Source: a virus
Taxonomy: Duplodnaviria > Caudoviricetes
Virus record (IMG/VR): IMGVR_UViG_3300048849_000152
Span: 1 to 50,596 of that record
Direction: 5' to 3' (one strand)
Length of the DNA stretch: 50,596 nucleotides
Shown: in pieces, positions 18,467 through 26,058 of the stretch
Layout of the letters: each line of letters starts with the position of its first letter
Numbering within the stretch: position 1 is the first letter of the stretch
The notes under the pieces: model-generated
Told to the model about the DNA's origin: nothing
Database searches by the model: none
Seen by the model: the letters and a program-made list of their open reading frames with translations, nothing else
Program-made: the position numbers and the translations under genes

Positions 18467-18610
18467 TCAGCGCTCGGCGGCGCGGTTCCTCTTGCACTCG
18501 CGGTATCCGTAGATTGCGATGAGAACCCACCCGATGCTCAGCACCACGGGCAGACCGAACGCGACGGCATAGAACACATAGAAGCCGAGGTTCGCGAAGA
18601 AGTGATCCAC
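18467..18610 (-). CDS. Antisense moron, 47-aa single-TM protein (below ORF-track cutoff)
   Basis: MDHFFANLGFYVFYAVAFGLPVVLSIGWVLIAIYGYRECKRNRAAER; TAGAGT -10 six nt before GTG. Confidence 0.7.
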   Translation of the reverse strand: MDHFFANLGFYVFYAVAFGLPVVLSIGWVLIAIYGYRECKRNRAAER

Positions 18611-18651
18611 ATCTGCACTCTACTCAGCAAGCACCGCGATCTAGAAGGGAC

Positions 18652-18870
18652 GTGATGGAAGACCGCGAGCTGTACGACGTCCGCAACGCCTCCCGCCGGG
18701 TCAAGCGCTCACGCCGCGCGATCTACTACTGGATGCGCACTGGCATGCCCTACCGGCTCGTCGGCGGCCGCCGCTACATCGCCCACGACGACCTCCTCCG
18801 CATGCTGCGCACGAAGATCGGAAACGAGCGCCGGAACCAGTTCCGAAAAAAAGTTAGCCAATCTGTTTGA
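18652..18870 (+). CDS. HTH DNA-binding protein ending the early operon (possible late regulator)
   Basis: YDVRNASRRVKRSRRAIYYWMRTGMP...GRRYI. Confidence 0.8.
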   Translation: MMEDRELYDVRNASRRVKRSRRAIYYWMRTGMPYRLVGGRRYIAHDDLLRMLRTKIGNERRNQFRKKVSQSV

Positions 18871-18956
18871 CACGCACGGCATTGCACAGTTTCACTACAA
18901 GGTAAGCACTTCTGCACCCACCGATCAGAGCGAGACTCACGGTGGGTTTCGTGCAT

Positions 18957-19092
18957 TCAGGACCCGCCGCCGATCTTCTCCGGTGGCGATACAGGGCTGA
19001 CAACCTGGCTCCGAGGGGGAGCGAACTCGTCAACTGGGCGGCCGCGCTTGAAGCGACTTCACGCGGCCGCCCCTGTCAAATACTGATCCTGA
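18957..19092 (+). ncRNA. Candidate multi-helix structured RNA
   Basis: Five nested inverted repeats in a non-coding gap (see findings). Confidence 0.35.
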
Positions 19093-19201
19093 CGTTGCTT
19101 GCCTGACACCAGCATGCATGCACACGCAATGCCGCAGCTAGCACGTATACCCGGCCTCGCATGATCTGCGGCAGGCGGACGGTAAATGGGTCAACCGTTG
19201 A

Positions 19202-20509
19202 CTAGGGTGTCATGAGGTCGACAGAGTTGTTCACCCATTTTCCGAGATCGGTCGTGGTGTGAAGGCGGCCTGTTGGCAGTGCGGAGAAGGTCTCGAATCC
19301 ATACTGCTGTCTCCTGTGGTGCGCGCCGATTCCATGAAAAGCCATCGGAAAGTTCATTACCCGAACCGCGTTTGTGTAGTTGCCAGGGGTGACCAGCCAT
19401 CCCGACTGAATTGGAAAGAAATGGTCGTAAGCGCTGAGCGCATTGGGAATCTCGTCGACGGGGATGCCGGAGTACGTGGACATCCATTCAAACTCCGACT
19501 CCTTCATGTGATCTAGGAAAAAGCCGCCCCACCCCCACAGAAATTGTTGCCAGAACGTGGCATACAGTCGGTAGTTGGGTTGCGCTCTGAGCCAGTGAAA
19601 AGCTGAAACAAACGTGGATGGCAGCATGAGCGTGACCCAGTCAATTTGACCTGGCTTGGGTGGCTGGTAAGTCTCTGCGTAATCGACTGCCGCCTTTAAG
19701 ATGGCAACGCGGGCACGATGCTCGATGTACATGCAAGCTTGCAGATCGAAGTGCTCGCCGTGGTACAACGCTCCTTTGAAACTTGCGCTGGGCGCCGGAC
19801 CGGTTTGCGGGTCGAAGGCACCTCCGTCGAGCTCCAATGCGTAGCCAAGCGCAAGTCTCGGGTGGTCCGCGAACGCGGCATACAGCATCCTCAGGGACTC
19901 ATCGGGCGTCCTGGCGTAGAACGTGCCGTCATTGAGTTGGCGATAGTACGTTTTCGCCACCCGTGCGCCGGGTGAGCCCGCTTTCGCGCGCGCAACCAAA
20001 TGGCCAATGAGACTTCGGTCTGCGTGATTGGAATGACGCCATAGGGCCCAGACCTCGTCGCTTGCGACCTTTCCGTATCCACGATCCGCGAACAGCTGGG
20101 CAGATTTTTTGTGGTCGCCGATGCCGACGACATCCAATCCGAGAGGCGCCATTCTGGATTCGGCGTTCTCTCGACCATCCCACAGCTGGTGGAAGAACGA
20201 CCCGTTAGAGAAATCCAAGTAGCGCATCCAACCCACGACCTTGAACAGATCGGTGTACCCCCACTTGCCCCCCTTGACCTCGATGAGGTTCCGCTTGGAG
20301 GCCGTGCTCGTGTAGTTGGTCGCGACAATATCCAATTCGAGTATGTCGGTGCCGTCGGTTTCAGTGAGTTGCTTCTCAACGTAGTAACCCGACGCCTGAA
20401 ACAAACCCGCTATGTAGTCTTCGAAATCGTCGCCAGCACCAGGCTTGTCGGACAACGGGACGGTCTTGCTTGCCACTTGATCCCCCGATCTCTCGCGACC
20501 CCAGGACAC
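19202..20509 (-). CDS. PD-(D/E)xK (Mrr/restriction-like) nuclease-domain moron; start may be GTG 20476
   Basis: FEDYIAGLFQASGYYV...ELDIVA...LIEVKG; antisense to phage operons; visibly lower GC. Confidence 0.8.
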   Translation of the reverse strand: MSWGRERSGDQVASKTVPLSDKPGAGDDFEDYIAGLFQASGYYVEKQLTETDGTDILELDIVATNYTSTASKRNLIEVKGGKWGYTDLFKVVGWMRYLDFSNGSFFHQLWDGRENAESRMAPLGLDVVGIGDHKKSAQLFADRGYGKVASDEVWALWRHSNHADRSLIGHLVARAKAGSPGARVAKTYYRQLNDGTFYARTPDESLRMLYAAFADHPRLALGYALELDGGAFDPQTGPAPSASFKGALYHGEHFDLQACMYIEHRARVAILKAAVDYAETYQPPKPGQIDWVTLMLPSTFVSAFHWLRAQPNYRLYATFWQQFLWGWGGFFLDHMKESEFEWMSTYSGIPVDEIPNALSAYDHFFPIQSGWLVTPGNYTNAVRVMNFPMAFHGIGAHHRRQQYGFETFSALPTGRLHTTTDLGKWVNNSVDLMTP

Positions 20510-20687
20510 CTGATCAGGTCTGCGATGCCTATTAGATCAGAGCAGTGACGCCTTCACCGCCACCACATCATCCGCCAGGGCTGGCTCAGAGTAGTGCCAT
20601 GGTCCTCGGCATATAGGTCCGTCTAGTCCACCGACGACAAGTGCCGTGGTGGCTGGAGCGACAGGCCCAACGTCGAAGGAGACCCCC

Positions 20688-20843
20688 ATGGCCGACAAAT
20701 GGATCACCGTCTCCCTGAAGCTCGAGAACGGTGCCGTGACTCAGTGGGTCGGCAAAGCCGCCACGAAGGCCGCCGCCGAGCAGGAGGCGCTCGAGCACAA
20801 CGACGGCGCCACCGTCGTATCCTCCGCGCTCGTGAAAGCCTGA
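20688..20843 (+). CDS. Small hypothetical protein
   Basis: AAGGAG RBS; GC3-rich. Confidence 0.65.
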   Translation: MADKWITVSLKLENGAVTQWVGKAATKAAAEQEALEHNDGATVVSSALVKA

Positions 20844-20861
20844 CCGAGGAGATGACACCTC

Positions 20862-21311
20862 ATGGATCAACGAGCCGTCGCCCTGGCTGAGCGCTACAAC
20901 GACTTCGGTGAGAGGCGATGCAACCGCTGCCGTGAGCACAAGCCGGACTCAGCCTTCGCGAGCACACCGAAGCGCTGGGACGGTCTTGCCACCATCTGCC
21001 GCCGGTGTACGGCTGACGCCCACACCCAGCGGCGGTACAAGGTCGACTATGACGCTCTGCTCGAGCGGCAGGGCGGACGCTGCGCCATGTGCGGCACAGA
21101 CGCCTGCGCGTCCGGCCAGCGCTTCAGCGTCGACCACGACCACTCCTGCTGCCCCGGTGAGTTCTCCTGTGGCAAGTGCGTCCGCGGGCTGCTCTGCCGC
21201 AAATGCAACGGAGCCCTCGGCTTCATCGAGAACATCGAGCTGCGTGCACTCGCTGAGGCGTACCTCGCGCGCGTCGAGGAGGTGATGCCCAATGGCAACC
21301 ATCAAGCCTGA
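20862..21311 (+). CDS. Endonuclease VII-family protein
   Basis: QGGRCAMC...VDHDH...VRGLLCRKCNGALG. Confidence 0.92.
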   Translation: MDQRAVALAERYNDFGERRCNRCREHKPDSAFASTPKRWDGLATICRRCTADAHTQRRYKVDYDALLERQGGRCAMCGTDACASGQRFSVDHDHSCCPGEFSCGKCVRGLLCRKCNGALGFIENIELRALAEAYLARVEEVMPNGNHQA

Positions 21312-21554
21312 TGCAGTCGCAGACCCGCGACCAGGATCTCGTGGTTACCTTTAGCGCCCAAGTGGTACTGGACCAAGGGCCCCGGCCTCGCGAAGTGGGC
21401 GAAGAGCCCGCACCCATACACGGCGCTGAAGCGCCACCTCCGCGGCAAGGTGCCGACCAGCTACCTTGACCAAACCGTCGCCCAGTGGTTCCACGACGTC
21501 TTCGGCATCTGGCCGGGCGAGCGGAAGGGCAAGAACCCACTCGGCCCAGGCTGA
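21292..21554 (+). pseudogene. Small phage gene split by a frameshift near 21350
   Basis: RBS+ATG frame stops at TAG 21352; the -1 frame continues KWYWTKGPGLAKWAKSPHP...WFHDVFGIWPG with no start of its own. Confidence 0.55.
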
Positions 21555-21814
21555 TGGCACGTCCAGAAGACTTCGGCACCCTCGGCCACCGCCTGAGCGA
21601 GTGGGCGCGTGTCCGCCTACTCCGCCGGCCGGGCCGCTGGATCAGCATCGGCCAGGACGACGGGTTCCACATCATCCCGCTCTACGACCGCGTCGGACAC
21701 GACCCCGACAACTGCGTGTGCGGCCCCACGACGGACGCCGTCCCCCGCGCCGACGGCTCAATGGGGTGGGTGATCGTGCACCACAGCCTCGACGGAAGAG
21801 AACAGCATGAGTGA
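21554..21814 (+). CDS. Hypothetical protein (H..CxCGP..HHS motif)
   Basis: TGATG coupling; HIIP..D..GH...CVCGP...IVHHSLDGRE. Confidence 0.7.
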   Translation: MARPEDFGTLGHRLSEWARVRLLRRPGRWISIGQDDGFHIIPLYDRVGHDPDNCVCGPTTDAVPRADGSMGWVIVHHSLDGREQHE

Positions 21815-22073
21815 AGGCCTGACCCCGCTCGAGCGGCTCGACGACGCGATCCGCGAATTCGTAGCCGCCGCTGATGAGGGTCAGCTGCAGGGCTGGACGC
21901 TCGCCTGGCAGAGCGTGCGCCTCGCCAACGAGGAAGGCGTGCTCCCGCTCGTCTTCGGCTCCGACTTCACCATGGGCCCGTCGACCTCGCCGGAGATGGC
22001 CATGGGCCTCGCGCAGCTCACTCGCGCTCGCCTCGAGCGGCAGATGGTCTACGGCGAGCCCGACGACGACTGA
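21807..22073 (+). CDS. Hypothetical protein
   Basis: Coupled; GC3-rich. Confidence 0.7.
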   Translation: MSEGLTPLERLDDAIREFVAAADEGQLQGWTLAWQSVRLANEEGVLPLVFGSDFTMGPSTSPEMAMGLAQLTRARLERQMVYGEPDDD

Positions 22074-22447
22074 TGCCTGGCTGGCAGGGATCGAACCGTG
22101 CCGCCGAGCTCCCACCGGACTGGCCTCGCACCCGCCTCCGCATCCTGGACCGTGACGGGTGGCGCTGCGCCCACATCCGAACCGACACGAACCGCCGCTG
22201 CGGCCTCCCCGCCCGTCAGGTCGACCACATCACCCCGCACGCCGAGGGCGGCACTGACGACGACGACAACCTGCAGGCTCTGTGCGATTGGCACCATGGA
22301 CGTAAGACGGGCCGTGAGGGCGGCCAAGCGTCCGGGCGAGCACGAACAGCGAAGAAAGCCGCTACCAAATCGCTGCACCCGGGGCTGCTGCCCGCAAAGA
22401 CACGGCCGCCTGCACCGCGCCCGGACGAGGAACCGCCGCCGTTCTAG
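22073..22447 (+). CDS. HNH endonuclease (packaging-associated type)
   Basis: ILDRDGWRC...VDHI...NLQALCDWHHGRKT; upstream of terminase. Confidence 0.92.
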   Translation: MPGWQGSNRAAELPPDWPRTRLRILDRDGWRCAHIRTDTNRRCGLPARQVDHITPHAEGGTDDDDNLQALCDWHHGRKTGREGGQASGRARTAKKAATKSLHPGLLPAKTRPPAPRPDEEPPPF

Positions 22448-22980
22448 GGGATGAGCAGAGGATGTGGGCCGCGCGCGCCTCGAGGCCTCTTCCACCGCCC
22501 GGCTGAGCGACGGGGCCAGACCTGCCACCGATACGGCTCCCAGTATTCATAACGGTGATCCATCAGGTGTACGCGTGATCCGCCAGCTTGGGAACGTCTG
22601 CGTCGAGGGTCGACCCAGACGAGACCGACCCACATGCCATCGACCGCATCCGCCTTCAAACGAAGAGGGATCTCCACACGCTCTGACCGGGCGTCGAGAA
22701 CAGCCTCCACACGCGGGAGATCAAGATACGCGGCCCCCCACACGCGGGCAGCTGGCTCGTAGACAACTCGCGGGCCCATGATCCTGGCGGTCACCAGAAT
22801 GTCGACCCACCCGTTCGTCACCACGCCGCCGTTGTCGATCGTGAAGGCGACTGCGCGAGGAGCGACATCACGCTGCCGCAGCAGGAAGTCCACGACTGCG
22901 ACCACGACGGCAACGAGCGCGGCGACGCCAACCAGTGCACCAATGCCGGACCAGCCCGGCCACTCAAGCCATGCCCACAT
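22444..22980 (-). CDS. Antisense moron with N-terminal TM anchor
   Basis: MWAWLEWPGWSGIGALVGVAALVAVVVAVV; GAGGGGG RBS and TATGGT -10 upstream. Confidence 0.65.
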   Translation of the reverse strand: MWAWLEWPGWSGIGALVGVAALVAVVVAVVDFLLRQRDVAPRAVAFTIDNGGVVTNGWVDILVTARIMGPRVVYEPAARVWGAAYLDLPRVEAVLDARSERVEIPLRLKADAVDGMWVGLVWVDPRRRRSQAGGSRVHLMDHRYEYWEPYRWQVWPRRSAGRWKRPRGARGPHPLLIP

Positions 22981-23022
22981 GCGCGACCCCCTCGCGCCCA
23001 CCATATCGACCAGGAGGTCGCC

Positions 23023-23346
23023 GTGACCGCACCGAGCACCGGACGTATCGTCCACTACACACTCACCGAGCTCAACGCAGACACCATCAACCGCCGCAGG
23101 GAGGACTACCTCAAAGGCCCCCGATCCTCGCGCCCTGAGGGAGTCGTCGTGAAAGGCGACGGTGCGCAAGTGCACGTCGGCAACACCGCCCGCGCCGGCC
23201 AGATCCTCCCACTCCTCGTCGTCCGCACCCTCGACGAAGGCAAGGTCAACGGGCAGGTGTTCCTCGACGGCAACGACACCCTCTGGGTTACGTCCGCCTC
23301 CGAGGGTGACGGCCGCGGCCAGTGGGCATGGCCGCCTCGCGCGTGA
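23023..23346 (+). CDS. Hypothetical phage protein
   Basis: PSTGRIVHY...VNGQVFLDG...WAWPPR; AGGAGG RBS. Confidence 0.8.
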   Translation: MTAPSTGRIVHYTLTELNADTINRRREDYLKGPRSSRPEGVVVKGDGAQVHVGNTARAGQILPLLVVRTLDEGKVNGQVFLDGNDTLWVTSASEGDGRGQWAWPPRA

Positions 23347-23372
23347 AAGGCGACAACCGCTAGCCTCGTCAC

Positions 23373-23687
23373 GTGAGCCTGTTCGACAACAACGACGCAG
23401 CGCAGTTCGCACGCGACTCCCAAGAGAGACGCGCAAAGCGCAAAGCGCAACGCGCAGCAGAGGCAACCGCAAAGGGCGCAACCACCACCGCACTGGCCAT
23501 GGCCGAACTCCTCGACGCAATGAGTGAGCAGCTCGCAATCGCCAAACAGCAGAGCGCCGACGCTCAACGCGTGGAACAGTTCTCCCGACGCATGTCCGTC
23601 GCCTCCCTGTGGGTATCAATCGGCTCCCTCGCAGCAGCCGTCGGCTCCATCGTCGTCGCCGTCATCGCGATCATCGCCACCCGGTAG
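23373..23687 (+). CDS. Coiled-coil protein with C-terminal TM helix (moron)
   Basis: TAGCCT -10 six nt before GTG; C-terminal VSIGSLAAAVGSIVVAVIAII. Confidence 0.7.
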   Translation: MSLFDNNDAAQFARDSQERRAKRKAQRAAEATAKGATTTALAMAELLDAMSEQLAIAKQQSADAQRVEQFSRRMSVASLWVSIGSLAAAVGSIVVAVIAIIATR

Positions 23688-23689
23688 CA

Positions 23690-23790
23690 ACACCCCCAGG
23701 GGGCCACCCTCCCCCCACCCCCACCCGCTCGACCGCTTCGCGTTCTGCTGCTCACTGTGCGCAGGGGTCACAGGGGGTCGTTTTCAGCCG
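23690..23790. other. Probable cos/packaging-site region
   Basis: Non-coding C-run/G-run tract between HNH and terS. Confidence 0.55.
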
Positions 23791-23877
23791 CGCTCGGCCG
23801 CCGTCATGGTGGTCGGCATCCGTCACGGAGGTTGCTATGCCTGTTCGTCTCTTCCGCGTGTTTCCGGGGTTCTGCTG

Positions 23878-24360
23878 ATGCCGGGTCGGGGTCCGGTGAA
23901 GCAGGAGCGGCACACACGCGCGCGGAACGATGCGAAGTCGATTCAGCTCGTTTCTGATGGAAAAACGCGTGGTCCGGCGATTCCGCGGAATGCTCTGCGC
24001 GACAAGCAGGGGAACGTGCTGCCGTGGCATCCGCAGACGATCCGGTGGTGGAACAACTGGCGGAAGTCGCCGCAGGCGATCCGGATGATGACGGGGCCCG
24101 ACTGGGATTTCCTGCTGGACACGGCGCTGATGCATCACCAGATGTGGCAGTACGGGCGGTGGGAGTTGGCCGCTGAGGTGCGGCTGAGGGTGCAGAAGTT
24201 CGGCGCTACACCGGAGGACCGGGCGCGGCTCGGTCTCGAGGTCGGCACGCGCCGCCCGAACGATGCTCCGGCTTCGGATGCCCCCGGATCGACCGGCGCG
24301 ACGGTGTCCTCGATGGAGGCGGCGCGCGAGCAGCGTCTGCTCGTCGACGAGGACGACTGA
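23878..24360 (+). CDS. terS: Terminase small subunit
   Basis: MPGRGP, WHPQTIRWW, WDFLLDTA, EVRLR..KFGATPEDRARL; coupled to terL. Confidence 0.88.
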   Translation: MPGRGPVKQERHTRARNDAKSIQLVSDGKTRGPAIPRNALRDKQGNVLPWHPQTIRWWNNWRKSPQAIRMMTGPDWDFLLDTALMHHQMWQYGRWELAAEVRLRVQKFGATPEDRARLGLEVGTRRPNDAPASDAPGSTGATVSSMEAAREQRLLVDEDD

Positions 24361-26048
24361 TGCCGCGCCGGGTGATCAAGGCGCCCGGCCACACTCGCAA
24401 GAATGCCCTCCGGATCGCGGTCTGGTGGATCGAGCAGTTCACCGTGCACGGGCCCGGCGACATCATCGGCCGGCCGACGGTGCTGGCGGACGAGTATGCG
24501 AAGTTCGTCATCGACTGCTACGCCCTCGACGGCGTTGGCCGCCGCCTATACGACTCCGCGTTCCTGTCTCGCCCGAAGGGCTGCGACAAGTCGGGCCTGG
24601 CCGCGAAGATCGCTCTGCTCGAGGCGTTCGGCCCGTGTCGGTTCGCTGGCTACGCGAAGGGCGGCGAGACTTACGAGTTCCTCGGGAAGGTCTACGTCTA
24701 CTCGCCGGGCGAGCCGATGGGCAAGACGGTCACGACTCCGGTCGTGCGCATCATGGCCACGGAGGAGACGCAGGCCGGGAACGTCTACAAGACGATCTAC
24801 TACAACCTCAACGACGCCGCCGCGCCGCTGTTCCAACTCCAGGCCTTCGGGGTGCAGGTCGGCCTGAACCGCATCGTCATCCCGTGGGGTGGCGAGATCG
24901 TTCGGTCGACGGCCGGCGCCGCGTCGAAGGACGGCGGCAACGAGACCTTCGCGGTCTTCGACGAGACGCACCTGTACACGACGCCGGTGCTGCACGAGAT
25001 GTACACGACGGTCACGAACAACCTCGAGAAGCGGAAGATGACCGCGGAGCCGTGGTTCATCGAGACCACCACAATGTATGCCCCTGGCGAGGAGTCAGTG
25101 GCGGAGTCGACTTACGAGCTCGCCGAGGCAATCGACGAGGGTCGAGCGCGCCGCTCGCGCCTGCTGTTCGATCACCGGTGGGGCGACGTCGTCGACTTCA
25201 CCGACGAGCCGGCTCTGATCCGCGCCTTCATCGAGGCATACGGTGACGCGATCGAGTGGAACCCTGTCGAGCACCTGCTGACGCTGGCGTACGACATCCG
25301 CCGGAAGGTGAAGAACACCCGCCGGTACTTCCTCAACGCGATCGTCGGATCGGTGAACGCGTGGGTCGAGCCGGAGCAGTGGTCGGCCCGCTCGATCATG
25401 CTGCTGCGATTCGGAGAGGATGAGTTCGACTGGCGGCCGCCGGCGCCGAAGGACATTATCACGCTCGGCTTCGACGGATCCCGCTCGAACGACGCCACAG
25501 CCCTTGTCGGTTGCCGTGTCGCCGACCGGTACCTGTTCCCGATCCTGATCGCGGAAACCCCGGACGGCCCAGAGGCCGAGGGTTACCAGGTCGACCGGGT
25601 CGCGTTCGACGCGGCCGTGTCTCAGGCGTTCGAGGTCTACAGGGTCGTCGGCTTCTACGCCGACCCGCCGCTGTGGCAGGACTACGTCGACGCGTGGGCG
25701 AAGGAGTACGAGGACCAGCTGCTCGTCGAAGCGTCGGGCAAGTCAGCGATCGAGTGGTGGACAAAGGTCGACACGAAGATGGCGCCGGCGCTCGAGCGTC
25801 TGCACACGGCAATCATCACGGGGACCATGTCGCACTCGGGCGACCGGGTCATGACGAGGCACTTCCTGAATGCGCGCGAGTGGAACCGGCGCTCGGGAAC
25901 GGTTATCGGCAAGGAGAAGAAGAACTCTCCGAAGAAGATCGACGCCGCGGTCGCCGCGACGCTCGCATTCGAGGCCGCAGCCGACTGGCTCGACCACGGC
26001 CGGCCGGTGCCCGCCGCCGCATCCAGTGTGCCCGAGAGGGTCAGATAG
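24360..26048 (+). CDS. terL: Terminase large subunit
   Basis: Walker A SRPKGCDKS, Walker B VFDETH, nuclease LGFDGS..ND and KIDAAVA. Confidence 0.95.
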   Translation: MPRRVIKAPGHTRKNALRIAVWWIEQFTVHGPGDIIGRPTVLADEYAKFVIDCYALDGVGRRLYDSAFLSRPKGCDKSGLAAKIALLEAFGPCRFAGYAKGGETYEFLGKVYVYSPGEPMGKTVTTPVVRIMATEETQAGNVYKTIYYNLNDAAAPLFQLQAFGVQVGLNRIVIPWGGEIVRSTAGAASKDGGNETFAVFDETHLYTTPVLHEMYTTVTNNLEKRKMTAEPWFIETTTMYAPGEESVAESTYELAEAIDEGRARRSRLLFDHRWGDVVDFTDEPALIRAFIEAYGDAIEWNPVEHLLTLAYDIRRKVKNTRRYFLNAIVGSVNAWVEPEQWSARSIMLLRFGEDEFDWRPPAPKDIITLGFDGSRSNDATALVGCRVADRYLFPILIAETPDGPEAEGYQVDRVAFDAAVSQAFEVYRVVGFYADPPLWQDYVDAWAKEYEDQLLVEASGKSAIEWWTKVDTKMAPALERLHTAIITGTMSHSGDRVMTRHFLNAREWNRRSGTVIGKEKKNSPKKIDAAVAATLAFEAAADWLDHGRPVPAAASSVPERVR

Positions 26049-26058
26049 GGGAGTCAGG

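Noticed and set aside
21349-21355. prfB-like +1 frameshift at CTT-TAG-C
   Set aside because: The +1 frame gives a non-protein-like sequence; the credible continuation is in the -1 frame
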